From: Planctomycetota bacterium
GTDB lineage: Bacteria; Planctomycetota; PLA2; JAEUHO01
Direction: 5' to 3'
DNA: 64,000 bases
Assembly: GCA_028281445.1 (NCBI GenBank)
Contig: JANQJW010000007.1
Span: 92,694-156,693 of the forward strand
Part shown: piece after piece, positions 37,550-47,213 of the stretch
Position numbering within the stretch: the first letter of the stretch is position 1
How the letters are laid out: each line of letters starts with the position of its first letter
Program-made: the position numbers and the translations under genes
The notes under the pieces: generated by a model
Seen by the model: only the letters and a program-made list of their open reading frames with translations
The model's database searches: none
Told to the model about the DNA's origin: nothing

Positions 37550-38365
37550 ATGTCGACACGCACGATCCTGGTGATTCTCCTCGTCGCAACGGCGGCAACG
37601 CTCTGGGGCCTGCGCGCCGGTGAAGCCCGCGACGCGAACGCCATCGTCACGAAGACGGTCGCGTACAAGCACGATTACGTCGAGCTGGAGGGCTTCCTCG
37701 CATACGACCCGAACGCCAAGGGCAAGCGCCCCGGCGTTCTGGTGATCCACGAGTGGTGGGGCCTGGGGGAGCATCCCAAGGCACGCGCGAAGAAGCTCGC
37801 CGAGCTTGGCTACGTGGCCTTCTGCGCCGACATGTACGGCAAGGGCAAGTTGACGACGGACATCCCGACGGCCCAGAAGTGGTCGGGGGCGTTCTACAAG
37901 GACCGCGCGGGGCACGGGCGGGCTCGCATCAAGGCGGGCTACGACGTACTCGCCGGCCACGAGCTCGTCGATCCCGCGCGCATCGGCGCGATGGGATTCT
38001 GCTACGGCGGCACGGTCGCGCTCGAAGTCGCCTGGTCCGGTCTGCCGGTCAAGGCCGTCGTCAGCTTCCACGGCAGCCTCACGACACCCGGCGAGGCAGA
38101 CCTGGCAAACGTCAAGAGCAGCATTCTGGTTTGCCACGGGGCGGACGACGCGTTCGTTCCCGAAGACCAGGTGTCAGCGTTCGTCGAGAGCATGAAGAAG
38201 AACGACCACGACTGGGTACTGGTGAACTACGGGAACGCGGTCCACTCCTTCACGCACAAGGGGGCGGGCGAGCGCGGCATCAACGGCGTCAAGTACAACG
38301 CGGAGGCCGACGCACGTTCCTGGGCGCACATGAAGGCCTTCTTCGCGGAGTGTCTGGCTCCCTAA
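37550..38365 (+). CDS. dienelactone hydrolase family protein (secreted alpha/beta hydrolase)
   Basis: 271 aa from the ATG at 37550 with GGAGG upstream. It has a signal peptide and the DLH motifs 'GVLVIHEWWGL', 'GFCYGG' and 'LVCHGADD'. Confidence 0.85.
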   Translation: MSTRTILVILLVATAATLWGLRAGEARDANAIVTKTVAYKHDYVELEGFLAYDPNAKGKRPGVLVIHEWWGLGEHPKARAKKLAELGYVAFCADMYGKGKLTTDIPTAQKWSGAFYKDRAGHGRARIKAGYDVLAGHELVDPARIGAMGFCYGGTVALEVAWSGLPVKAVVSFHGSLTTPGEADLANVKSSILVCHGADDAFVPEDQVSAFVESMKKNDHDWVLVNYGNAVHSFTHKGAGERGINGVKYNAEADARSWAHMKAFFAECLAP

Positions 38366-38413
38366 CGCTGTCCCCGCGCCGCTTGAAGATGGGCCCCCGA
38401 CCGGGAGGCCCAG

Positions 38414-39463
38414 ATGCCGCAGTGGCTGGACGACATCCTCGCAACCCTGCGAGGCCTGAGCTGGTACGAGATCCTCGGCATCTACGTCGTCGTCGCGTTC
38501 CTCGTGATGTTCGTCATCGTCCGTGGCTTCCTGTTCCTGACCCGCAAGACGAAGACGGACCTGGACGACCGGGCCGTCGCCGCGGTTCGCCGGCCGGTCT
38601 TCCTCACGGTTCTCTTCATCGGCATCAACGAGGCCATGGAGGCCTACAGCACGCCGCCCGAGACCATCCTGCTCTGGTCACGGATCATGACGACCGTCGC
38701 GATCGTCCTCTGGATGAGCGCGCTCATGAAGATCGGCGATGCGCTCCTGGAGGCGCTCGCCCGGCGCGTCGACGACTTCCAGTGGATCAACATGCGCTCG
38801 CTGCCGCTTTTCGAGATCACGGCGAAGCTGCTGCTGATCGGCGGTGCGATCTACTGGATCATGGTGACCTGGGACAAGGACCTGACCGGTTGGCTGGCGT
38901 CGGCCGGCGTGCTCGGGATCGCAATCGGCTTCGCCGCGAAGGACACGCTCGCCAACCTCTTTGCCGGCATCTTCATCCTGGCCGACGCGCCGTACAAGCT
39001 CGGCGACTACATCGTGCTGGGCTCCGGCGAGCGCGGTGAAGTGACCGACATCGGCATTCGCTCGACGCGCATTCGTACACGCGATGACATCGAAATCACG
39101 CTGCCAAACGGCGTGATGGCGAACAGCAAGATCATCAACGAGTCCGGCGGTCCGCATCTGAAGCGGCGTGTGCGCATCAACGTGGGCGTGGCCTACGGAT
39201 CAGACATCGACAAGGTGCGCGCCGCCCTGCTCGAGGTCGCGGAGGAGAGCGAGCTCTTTGCCAACCACCCGCAGCCCAGCGTCCGCTTTCGCAGCTTCGG
39301 CGACTCCGCACTCGACTTCCAGCTGCGGGGCTGGATCGAGAAGCCAGTGCTGCACGGCCGCGCAGTCGATCAGCTCAACACGATGATCTACAAGCGCTTC
39401 AACGCCGACGGCATCGAGATCCCGTTCCCGCAGCGGGATGTGCACGTGCACGGCACCCTGTAG
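38414..39463 (+). CDS. mechanosensitive ion channel (MscS family)
   Basis: 349 aa with 3-4 N-terminal TM helices and the MscS pore/beta-domain 'LANLFAGIFILADAPYKLGDYIVLG...GEVTDIGIRSTRIRT'. Confidence 0.85.
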   Translation: MPQWLDDILATLRGLSWYEILGIYVVVAFLVMFVIVRGFLFLTRKTKTDLDDRAVAAVRRPVFLTVLFIGINEAMEAYSTPPETILLWSRIMTTVAIVLWMSALMKIGDALLEALARRVDDFQWINMRSLPLFEITAKLLLIGGAIYWIMVTWDKDLTGWLASAGVLGIAIGFAAKDTLANLFAGIFILADAPYKLGDYIVLGSGERGEVTDIGIRSTRIRTRDDIEITLPNGVMANSKIINESGGPHLKRRVRINVGVAYGSDIDKVRAALLEVAEESELFANHPQPSVRFRSFGDSALDFQLRGWIEKPVLHGRAVDQLNTMIYKRFNADGIEIPFPQRDVHVHGTL

Positions 39464-39637
39464 GGGCGACCCTTGTGGTCGCCCCACGCCGCGCTCGGCG
39501 AATCACAGGGCTCCCTGTCCGGGCAGCCCTTGTGGCTGCCCCGCAGCGTGCAGTCGCGGGCGGGCACAAGGCCCGCCCTTACAGCGACACACCACAGTGA
39601 TGAACCCCTGATGGGGCGACCACAAGGGTCGCCCCTA
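39461..39637. repeat. MITE-like structured repeat, full copy 1 (TA TSDs plus 23-bp TIR GGGGCGACCCTTGTGGTCGCCCC; four hairpins)
   Basis: Read directly. It is near-identical to 53506..53683. The left TA plus the first G form the TAG stop of the MscS gene. Confidence 0.8.
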
Positions 39638-39656
39638 CGCGCGCTGACCTTGCGGG

Positions 39657-41261
39657 TCACCGCTTCCGCGGCGGCTTCGTGACCACACGACTCTCGCCGC
39701 CCGTGACCGTCGCGACCTGACGCATGAACTTCTTGATCTCCGCCAGGTCCCGTTTGGGTTGGCCCGTCTTGTCGAGCTCTTCAAGCGTAAGCGCCACCGT
39801 GTGGATCACGACGCGGCGGTAGCGATTCCAGATATTGACGCTCGCGAGGATCGCCTCGGGGACGATGGGGGTGCCGTCCGTCGCCAGGCCGTCGGTGAGA
39901 AGGAAGATCGTGTCGATCCGGGGGTTCTCCCGAAACGCCTTCTCGAGCGCGGCATGCATGTACGTACCGCCCCGCGGCGCTTCGAAGTTCTTCGACACCC
40001 ACTGGAGCGCCTGATCGACGCTCTCACCCGTCGCCTCCGTCTCGCCCTTGCGCCAGGCCTTTACCTTGTCGGAGAACACGATCAGGTTGAACAGCGGCGG
40101 CGGGCCGAGGCGCTCCGGCCCGCTCTTTCGAGGCGGCAACCGCTTCAGCACGCGCGTGAGCTCGTCGCGGGCGACCACGATGCGCGTGTCGTCCTGGCCC
40201 CACGGGAACGCCATCGAGCCCGAGAGGTCGACGATGAACAGAAGGCGGTCGGAGTTGACGCCGACGCCGTAGTACGTCGCCACGCTGCTTGACCCCTTCG
40301 GCAGCGCGACCTCGGCGCTGCGGTTGTTCCACCAGTTGATCCAGTCCTCGGGATCGAAGCCGATGTCCTTCCCGCTGATCGAGCGCAACACCTCGTGGGC
40401 GACGGCGCGCGTGCGCGTGTTGGGCTCCACGAGAAGCGCCGCCACCTCGGGCACCATCTCGGCGAGCTTGGCCAGCCCGATGCCCTGTGCGGCGGCCTGA
40501 CGCACGACCTGTTCGTCGTCATTGAGCAGCTTCGTGAGCGTGGGGGCGATGTTGACCTCGTCGAACGGCTTCTGGCGGGCAAGGACATCGGCGCATGCGA
40601 GGCGAATGCGCCAGTCTGCGTGTCCAGCGGCTCGCAGGATGTACGGGCGCACCCGCTGGCCGCCGATGCTGCCCAGCGCGCGCACGGCCGCGTACGCGAT
40701 GGCGACATGCTTCTTGTGTGGAGCGTACCGGGCGTACACATCGCGCACGCGTTGGACGGCGCGTGCGTCGCCGTGGACGTACTGCGCGCTCAGCGCGGCT
40801 TCGACCGTGCTGCGCCGGCCCTCGAGCGCCTCGGTGGCAAGCCACGTGAGTGCGCTTTTGTCCTCGATCTGCGCGTACGACTCGCCCAGCACCTCGACGA
40901 GCACGTCGGTCGGCCGGCGCCCCACGATGGTGCCCAGCTTCTTGGCGCACTTCGTGTCGAGCTGCGGACCGACGGAGATGATGGCGACGACCTGGTCGTC
41001 GATGAGCTTGGCCTTGTCGGCGATGCGGACGAGCAGGTCGCGCGACGCCGGGCAGCGGACGTTGCCGAGGTCGCGGATCGCCTGCATGCGCTTGGAGAAC
41101 GAGCTGAAGTCGCGGAACTTCAGAAGCGATTCGTATTGCGTGCGCAGCGCTTCGACTTGCGCGGCAAGCGCGCGGTTCTCACCGCTCCATGCGGTGCCGC
41201 GCACGCAGGCGAACAGACTGAGAACGACCAAGCAGACGGTGGTCGCAACGGCCTTCAACAA
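39657..41261 (-). CDS. HEAT-repeat (PBS-lyase-like) plus von Willebrand factor A domain protein, secreted
   Basis: 534 aa with a signal peptide, HEAT-like repeats in the N-terminal two-thirds, and a vWA with 'LLFIVDLSGSM' (MIDAS DxSxS) near the C-terminus. Confidence 0.75.
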   Translation of the reverse strand: MLKAVATTVCLVVLSLFACVRGTAWSGENRALAAQVEALRTQYESLLKFRDFSSFSKRMQAIRDLGNVRCPASRDLLVRIADKAKLIDDQVVAIISVGPQLDTKCAKKLGTIVGRRPTDVLVEVLGESYAQIEDKSALTWLATEALEGRRSTVEAALSAQYVHGDARAVQRVRDVYARYAPHKKHVAIAYAAVRALGSIGGQRVRPYILRAAGHADWRIRLACADVLARQKPFDEVNIAPTLTKLLNDDEQVVRQAAAQGIGLAKLAEMVPEVAALLVEPNTRTRAVAHEVLRSISGKDIGFDPEDWINWWNNRSAEVALPKGSSSVATYYGVGVNSDRLLFIVDLSGSMAFPWGQDDTRIVVARDELTRVLKRLPPRKSGPERLGPPPLFNLIVFSDKVKAWRKGETEATGESVDQALQWVSKNFEAPRGGTYMHAALEKAFRENPRIDTIFLLTDGLATDGTPIVPEAILASVNIWNRYRRVVIHTVALTLEELDKTGQPKRDLAEIKKFMRQVATVTGGESRVVTKPPRKR

Positions 41262-41389
41262 CGACTCCCGACCGACGGATCATACGAAGCGGTCGGAGCG
41301 CGCGACGGGAAACGGCCGTAGACGCGAACGGCTTGCGGTCGTTTACTCGTGCGTGACATCTCCCCTCCCGCCATTGGGACCATGACACC

Positions 41390-43168
41390 ATGCGCCGCGG
41401 CCTGGTCCTCGTGTTGTCTTCCGTCCTGCTCCTCGCAGGCGGTATCGCCTTTGCCGCCATCGGCGTACGCGCGCTGGAGCTGGAGCGTGAGGACAGTAGG
41501 CGTGAAGCCCGCGAGCGCGTGCGCCACATCCTCTCGCGCGCGGCCCAGGATGCGCAGCGGCTCGCGCTCTTGCCTACCGGTCCCCCGGAGAAGGCCTGGC
41601 GCCTCGAGATCGCGACCGCCGAGGGGTCGGGCGAGATGCCCTCGGTCGATGACCGCATCAAGATCGACACGGCGAAGTCCGCCGCACGCGCCGGCCGCGC
41701 GGGAGCGGAGACTGCCTACAAGCTCTACAGCCGCCTCGCGAAGTCCGCCGGGCAGCGCTGGTTCCGCCAGGTTGCTGCCCTCAACGCCGGCCGCATCGGC
41801 CTCGCGCTCGGCAACGACGAGATGGCGCGCGTGTTCCTCGAGCAAGCGAGCCAGGCGATCCCGCTGCTCACGTGGGAAGGCGAGCAGGTCCGGCTCGTCG
41901 CGCTGAAGCTGCTTGCGGAGGACGGCCTGCGCCGCGGGAGTACGCGCGAGACATCGACGTTCCTCGACGAGGTGCAGGACGGCAGCCGCCTGGTGCGCGG
42001 CAACGTGCGCGGTCCCGATGCGCTCCTGCTCGAGCTCGCCGACGACGTCGACGCCGGCAAGCTCGACATCCACCCCGCTGTGGGGCGTCGGCTCGCCAAG
42101 GCCGCGGCGTACGCGCGCCTGGGGCTCCGCGCTGTCGAGGCGCTTCCGCGCGGCGGTGCGGTGCTGCTCGACGAACTCGTTGCCTTGCGCCGCGGCGACA
42201 TCGTCCAGATGCGCCATCCCTCCAGCCTCGTCGAGTGGTTCGAAGACGAGGTCGTCGCCTACGTCCCGCCGGCCGGTGCGATGCTGATGCCCTATACGAC
42301 GAAGCTGGCCTCTCCGCTGGAGGGCGTCGTCCTCGAGGTGCGCTCGGTGCCGAACCCCTCCTTCCGCAAGGCGCCCCTCGTCGCGCTGGTCGGAGGGCTG
42401 ACGGTGTACAGCCTGGGGGCCCTCCTGGCACTCGTGGCCGTGCAACGCCGCCGCCGGGCGGCTCGGATGCAGTCGGAGTTCGTGGCCGCGGTCTCCCATG
42501 AACTCAAGACGCCGATCGCCTCTGTGCGCGCCATGGCCGAGTTCATGGCTGACGAGGCGGGAACGGACCCCCAGCGCGCGCGCGAGTACGCCGGCCGCAT
42601 CGAGGCGGAGATGCGCCGCCTCGGCACGACGGTCCGCAACGTGCTGGACGCGTCGCAAGTCGAGCGCCAGGGGGTGCTGCCCGTGGTGTTGGAGCAGGGC
42701 GACCCGGCACCGGTCGTCCAGGAGGCCGCCGACGCGTTCCGCCCCGACCTCGAGATGCGCGGCTTCGCGTTCGTGTGCGAGGTCGAACCCGCTACGACAC
42801 CGCTTTCCTTCGATCGCGATGCCCTACGCGGTGTCCTGGTCAACCTGCTGGACAACGCGGCGAAGTTCTCGCCGGAGGTTCGTGACATTCGGATGGAGGC
42901 GGGCCCCGTGGAGGGCGACGAGGCCGCCTACGGCATCACAGTTTTCGATCGTGGGATCGGGATCGACCCTCGGAAGCAAGACAGACTGTTCGGACGTTTC
43001 TACCGGGGGGCGGAGGCCCGCAAGGGAGCCGCGCCCGGAGTCGGCCTGGGTCTGCACGTCGCGCGCAGCGTCATCGAGGCGCACCAGGGCCGGATCTGGG
43101 CGGAGGTGCGACCGGGCGGGGGGGCCGTCTTCCGGATCGAGTTGAGGGAGCCGGCCGCGAGCGAGTGA
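41390..43168 (+). CDS. sensor histidine kinase (membrane-anchored; HisKA plus HATPase_c)
   Basis: 592 aa with an N-terminal TM, a second TM before the H-box 'VSHELKTPI', and the N, G1 and G2 boxes ('NLLDNAAKF', 'DRGIGI', 'GVGLGL'). Confidence 0.85.
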   Translation: MRRGLVLVLSSVLLLAGGIAFAAIGVRALELEREDSRREARERVRHILSRAAQDAQRLALLPTGPPEKAWRLEIATAEGSGEMPSVDDRIKIDTAKSAARAGRAGAETAYKLYSRLAKSAGQRWFRQVAALNAGRIGLALGNDEMARVFLEQASQAIPLLTWEGEQVRLVALKLLAEDGLRRGSTRETSTFLDEVQDGSRLVRGNVRGPDALLLELADDVDAGKLDIHPAVGRRLAKAAAYARLGLRAVEALPRGGAVLLDELVALRRGDIVQMRHPSSLVEWFEDEVVAYVPPAGAMLMPYTTKLASPLEGVVLEVRSVPNPSFRKAPLVALVGGLTVYSLGALLALVAVQRRRRAARMQSEFVAAVSHELKTPIASVRAMAEFMADEAGTDPQRAREYAGRIEAEMRRLGTTVRNVLDASQVERQGVLPVVLEQGDPAPVVQEAADAFRPDLEMRGFAFVCEVEPATTPLSFDRDALRGVLVNLLDNAAKFSPEVRDIRMEAGPVEGDEAAYGITVFDRGIGIDPRKQDRLFGRFYRGAEARKGAAPGVGLGLHVARSVIEAHQGRIWAEVRPGGGAVFRIELREPAASE

Positions 43169-43887
43169 GCCCGGGACGTTGGTGGGGAGGCCAGCCGGAC
43201 GTGAGTGCGGAACGTATTCTGGTCGTCGAGGACGACGAGAGCCTCGGCACCGTCCTCGTCGACGCGTTGCGAAGGGACGGGTTCGACGCGCTGCTGGAGC
43301 GCGACGGCCGTGCGGCGCTGCAGCGTGCGCTGAGCGAGAGCTTCGAGCTCATCATCCTCGACTTGATGCTGCCCCGGATGGACGGCTACGAGATCTGCCG
43401 GCGTCTGCGGGGCTCCGACCGGGAGACGCCGGTCCTCATGCTGACGGCCCGCGGTCGCGAGGAGGACCGCGTGCGCGGTCTCGACATCGGTGCGGACGAC
43501 TACGTCGTCAAGCCGTTCTCCCTGAAGGAGCTGATGGCGCGCGTGCGTGCCCGTCTGCGCTCGCGCCATCCGGACGCGCCGAAGACCGTGCGCCTCGGCG
43601 AGGCGGAGATCGACCTCGGTGCGATGCGGGTCCATCGGTCCGGAAAGACCGTGCCCCTGACCAAGCTCGAAGCGGGCGTCCTCAAGCTCTTCCTCGCCCA
43701 TCCGGGGGAGGTGTTGAGCCGGGGCCGCTTCCTGGACGAGGTGTGGGGCTACGACCGCCATCCCACGACGCGTACGGTGGACATGCACGTCGCCCGCATC
43801 CGCGACAAGATCGGTGACGCGGGCTCCACGCCGCGCTTCATCCAGACGGTGCATGGCGTGGGCTATCGGTACGAGCCGGAGCCGTAG
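43165..43887 (+). CDS. OmpR-family response regulator (REC plus winged-helix)
   Basis: The GTG start overlaps the kinase stop (GTGA). It has the REC motifs 'ILVVEDD' and 'DLMLP' and the C-terminal 'RTVDMHVARIRDKI...VHGVGYRY'. Confidence 0.85.
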   Translation: MSPGRWWGGQPDVSAERILVVEDDESLGTVLVDALRRDGFDALLERDGRAALQRALSESFELIILDLMLPRMDGYEICRRLRGSDRETPVLMLTARGREEDRVRGLDIGADDYVVKPFSLKELMARVRARLRSRHPDAPKTVRLGEAEIDLGAMRVHRSGKTVPLTKLEAGVLKLFLAHPGEVLSRGRFLDEVWGYDRHPTTRTVDMHVARIRDKIGDAGSTPRFIQTVHGVGYRYEPEP

Positions 43888-43984
43888 GCGACCGCTCGTA
43901 GCCACTACCACCACGACCTCTACCACGACCACCGGAGCACCAGCGCTCGTCCCCGTGGGAGTGTTGGGTGCCGTCGTGATGGTG

Positions 43985-44018
43985 GAAAACGGCCCGCCGA
44001 CACGGCGGGCCGTTTTCT
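43985..44018. terminator. intrinsic (rho-independent, bidirectional) terminator after the two-component operon
   Basis: GAAAACGGCCCGCC-GACA-GGCGGGCCGTTTTCTG is a 13-bp stem with flanking A and T tracts. Confidence 0.6.
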
Positions 44019-44033
44019 GTAGGATCCCCGGCC

Positions 44034-45839
44034 ATGGATGTCCACGGCTGGATCGCTCTCGCCACCCTTGCAGGCGCCACCTACCTCTTCATCAGGCGTC
44101 CGATCCCGCTGGGCATCTCCGCGCTCGCAATTCCAGTCGTCCTCGTCACAACGGGCGTTCTGAGCGATCCGAAGCAAGCACTGCTTGGGTTCGGGAACCA
44201 TGCGGTGATCTCGATCGGTGCGATCTTCATCATCGGCGCGGGCCTGCGCGAGAGCGGCGTCGCCACGATCATCGCGCGCGGTCTCCAGCGCGTTGGCGGA
44301 CGCAGCGAGCTCGGCCTCGTGATGCTCATGATGAGCGCCACGGCGATCCTGGCCGCGTTCATGAACAACACCGCCGTCGTAGCGATCCTTCTGCCCGTCG
44401 GCATGGCGCTCTCGCGCCGTGCCAATCTCGCGCCCTCGCGCCTCTTGATGCCGATCTCCTTCGCAGCGGTGCTCGGCGGCACGATCAGCATGATCGGCAC
44501 GGCACCGAACTTCATCGTCGCCGACTACTACAACAACGGCGACTTCGACGGGAAGATCGGCATCTTCGACTTCGCCAATGTGGGGATCCCGATCACGGTC
44601 GTCGGCGTGGTGTTCATGGCCATCTTCGGTCGCAGGCTCCTGCCCACGGTCAAGACGGAGGATCGCCTGGCGGCTGCTCAGCTGCCTGAGCAGGTCGCAT
44701 CGAACTACGGCGTGCCGGACAAGCTGTTCATGATCCGGATCGCGAAGTCCTCGGCCATTGTGGGCAAGACCATCGTCGAGACCGACATCCGCAACAAGTA
44801 CGGTCTAGATGTCGTGATGGTGCGGCGCGGCGCGGCCCTGGGCCAGCGCTGGCTGCAACCCGATCCGGACCTGCGCTTCGAGGCCGACGACCACCTCTAC
44901 TGCTCGGGTCCGGACGAAGCTGCGTGGGACTTCTGCGAGACGGAGGAGCTGCAGTTCGGTCTCGCCGACGACAAGGCGATGGACGAGATCATGTCGCACG
45001 GCGCCACGCTGGCCGAGGTCACCCTCACGCCGCACTCGCCCGCCATCGGCCGCACGTTCAAGAGCATGGACTTCCGCAAGCGCTTCGGCCTGAACGTACT
45101 GGCACTGTTCCGCGGACAGGAGGTCCTGCGCGAAAAGAAGCTCGCCGACCTCGAGCTCAGTCTCGGTGACGCCTTCCTTGTGTCCGGCTCCGCGCGCCAC
45201 GTGCGCCAACTGTCGGCACACCCCGACTTCGTCGTACTCACCGACCAGTCGCAGGTCGAAGACATCACGCGCGCTCCGCTGGCGCTCGGCATCATGATGC
45301 TCGCGCTCGTGCCGCCGATTGCGCTCGACTTCCCGCTCCCGATCAGCGCGATGGGCGCCGCGATCCTCATGATCCTGACGCGGTGTATCTCGCGATCCGG
45401 CCTTCGCCGTGCGATGGACTGGAACGTGCTCCTGCTCTTGATCGGGACGCTGCCCCTCGGACTCGCGCTCACGCAGACCGGCATCGACCAGTTGGCCGCC
45501 GACTGGATCACCGGGATCGTCAGCGACAAGCTCACCCTGTTCGCCGTGCTCTTCGTGATCGCGGCCGCGTTCTCCATGCTCGCAAGCAACGCAGCGGCGG
45601 CGGTCATCGTCGCGCCCGTTGCGATCGCGGCGGCCGACACGCTGAGCATCGATCCGAAGGCGGCGCTGCTTGCCATGGCCTACGGCTGCAGCTGCAACTT
45701 CATCGTGCCCTACTCACAGTGCAACCTGATCGTGATGGCGCCCGGCGGCTACAAGGCCGTGGACTTCGTCAAGGCCGGTCTCGTGCTGAGCGTCGTCATG
45801 GCTGTCACGACGGTGGTTGTCCTCGCGATCATGGGGTAG
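44034..45839 (+). CDS. SLC13/DASS-family anion permease with central tandem TrkA-C (RCK_C) domains
   Basis: 601 aa with two transmembrane halves, each carrying 'SNTA'/'SNAA' hairpin motifs, separated by two about 80-aa TrkA_C-like domains. Confidence 0.85.
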   Translation: MDVHGWIALATLAGATYLFIRRPIPLGISALAIPVVLVTTGVLSDPKQALLGFGNHAVISIGAIFIIGAGLRESGVATIIARGLQRVGGRSELGLVMLMMSATAILAAFMNNTAVVAILLPVGMALSRRANLAPSRLLMPISFAAVLGGTISMIGTAPNFIVADYYNNGDFDGKIGIFDFANVGIPITVVGVVFMAIFGRRLLPTVKTEDRLAAAQLPEQVASNYGVPDKLFMIRIAKSSAIVGKTIVETDIRNKYGLDVVMVRRGAALGQRWLQPDPDLRFEADDHLYCSGPDEAAWDFCETEELQFGLADDKAMDEIMSHGATLAEVTLTPHSPAIGRTFKSMDFRKRFGLNVLALFRGQEVLREKKLADLELSLGDAFLVSGSARHVRQLSAHPDFVVLTDQSQVEDITRAPLALGIMMLALVPPIALDFPLPISAMGAAILMILTRCISRSGLRRAMDWNVLLLLIGTLPLGLALTQTGIDQLAADWITGIVSDKLTLFAVLFVIAAAFSMLASNAAAAVIVAPVAIAAADTLSIDPKAALLAMAYGCSCNFIVPYSQCNLIVMAPGGYKAVDFVKAGLVLSVVMAVTTVVVLAIMG

Positions 45840-45857
45840 GCGACGAGCCCTCTCACT

Positions 45858-45887
45858 CGGCCACGGCCACGGCCACGGCCACGGCGA
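45858..45887. repeat. hexanucleotide microsatellite (CGGCCA)4 plus one imperfect unit
   Basis: Read directly. It lies 19 nt after the SLC13 stop, in a 220-bp intergenic region. Confidence 0.7.
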
Positions 45888-46059
45888 CGCGAGCGGCGTA
45901 CGCACCACGCGTACGCGTCCGACCCTCCGTCGTCACCTCTCAACCCGTTCGTTGCACGCGTTTTACGTCCCCTGGGCCCCCGGCCCTCATCTCTCCGCCT
46001 CCCCGGGTTCTCCCTGCCCGGCTCCGCCTGTACCTTCGTGAGGCTCTGGAGGAGATTCC

Positions 46060-47190
46060 ATGCGCATCGCACTCTGTGTCCTTCTGTCCCTGGCCCTCGG
46101 CTTGGCCGCCCTGCCGGCGCGCGCCGAAGAGCCCACGCCGCCGCCGGCCCCCAAGCCCGACCCGTCCAAGGCGCTCTACATCAGCGAGTCCCTGATGCCG
46201 TCGGAGAAGAACGCGCCGGAAGGCTGGGAGCTCGAGGACGACGACAGCGGGTTCGCCGCCATCGAGGACAAGCTCATCGCCATCGGCGAGGGGCTCGGCC
46301 TCGACGACGACAGCTTCTACGTCCAGTTGCAGGCCTTCTCCAAGGGCGGCGCGAACGTGATCGCCGCCATGGTCGATGTCGACAAGAAGGTCTTCGCCTA
46401 CAAGCATGCGCTCACTGCCAAGGCCACCGAGTCCGGCTGGTCGGTGAGCGACCTCGGCCACCCGGGACGCATCCTCGTCATCAGCGGTTCGGGCAGCACG
46501 GTGGGCGAACTCGAGAAGGCGCTCCACGAGCACGCCATCTACGCGCTCACCGAGATGGCCATGAACCGCATACGCGGCCGCGGCGGCCAGGAGGACGTGG
46601 GCCGTGCAGCGGCCGTGAAGTACACGCGCTACATCGAGTCGATCGCGCCGGGCGCCGGCGCGGCCAGCGCCGTTCGCGGGGTCGTGCACTGGATCCAGAG
46701 CCGCAAGGCCATCAAGAAGCAAGGCGACAAGCCGGATCGCGGCGAAGAAGAGAAGGCCGTCAAGTTCTTCGGGAAGGCCTTCGCCGACGGCACGAAGTAC
46801 CCGCCCAAGGGCAGCGTTCGTGTCTGGGCTGCTGCGCAGCTCGGCGGCATCCTGCTGACGTGGAAGGACAAGTCGAAGCTCGACGAGGCGACCCGCGCGC
46901 TCGAGATCGCCGTCAAGTACGAGAAGGACGGCCGGCGCATGAGCCAGCGCTTCGAGAGCCGCTACAACCTCGCGTGTGCCTACGCCCGCGCCAAGCGCGT
47001 CGACGATGCCTTCAAGATGCTCGAGAAGAGCCTCGAGGTCCTCAAGAACATGCCCGTGCGCGCTTGGCGCAACAGCCACAAGCACGCCGAAGAGAAGGAC
47101 GAGGACATGGCGCCGCTACGGAACGATCCGCGCTTCAGCAAGCTGATGGAGGACTTCCGGCCGCCGGCGCCCAAGAAGAAGGCGCACTAG
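46060..47190 (+). CDS. secreted hypothetical protein with TPR-like C-terminus
   Basis: 376 aa with the signal peptide 'LLSLALGLAALPARA' and GGAGGAG upstream. It has no recognisable catalytic motifs. Confidence 0.6.
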   Translation: MRIALCVLLSLALGLAALPARAEEPTPPPAPKPDPSKALYISESLMPSEKNAPEGWELEDDDSGFAAIEDKLIAIGEGLGLDDDSFYVQLQAFSKGGANVIAAMVDVDKKVFAYKHALTAKATESGWSVSDLGHPGRILVISGSGSTVGELEKALHEHAIYALTEMAMNRIRGRGGQEDVGRAAAVKYTRYIESIAPGAGAASAVRGVVHWIQSRKAIKKQGDKPDRGEEEKAVKFFGKAFADGTKYPPKGSVRVWAAAQLGGILLTWKDKSKLDEATRALEIAVKYEKDGRRMSQRFESRYNLACAYARAKRVDDAFKMLEKSLEVLKNMPVRAWRNSHKHAEEKDEDMAPLRNDPRFSKLMEDFRPPAPKKKAH

Positions 47191-47213
47191 CGCCTCTGCT
47201 GCGCCCGGCGTCC

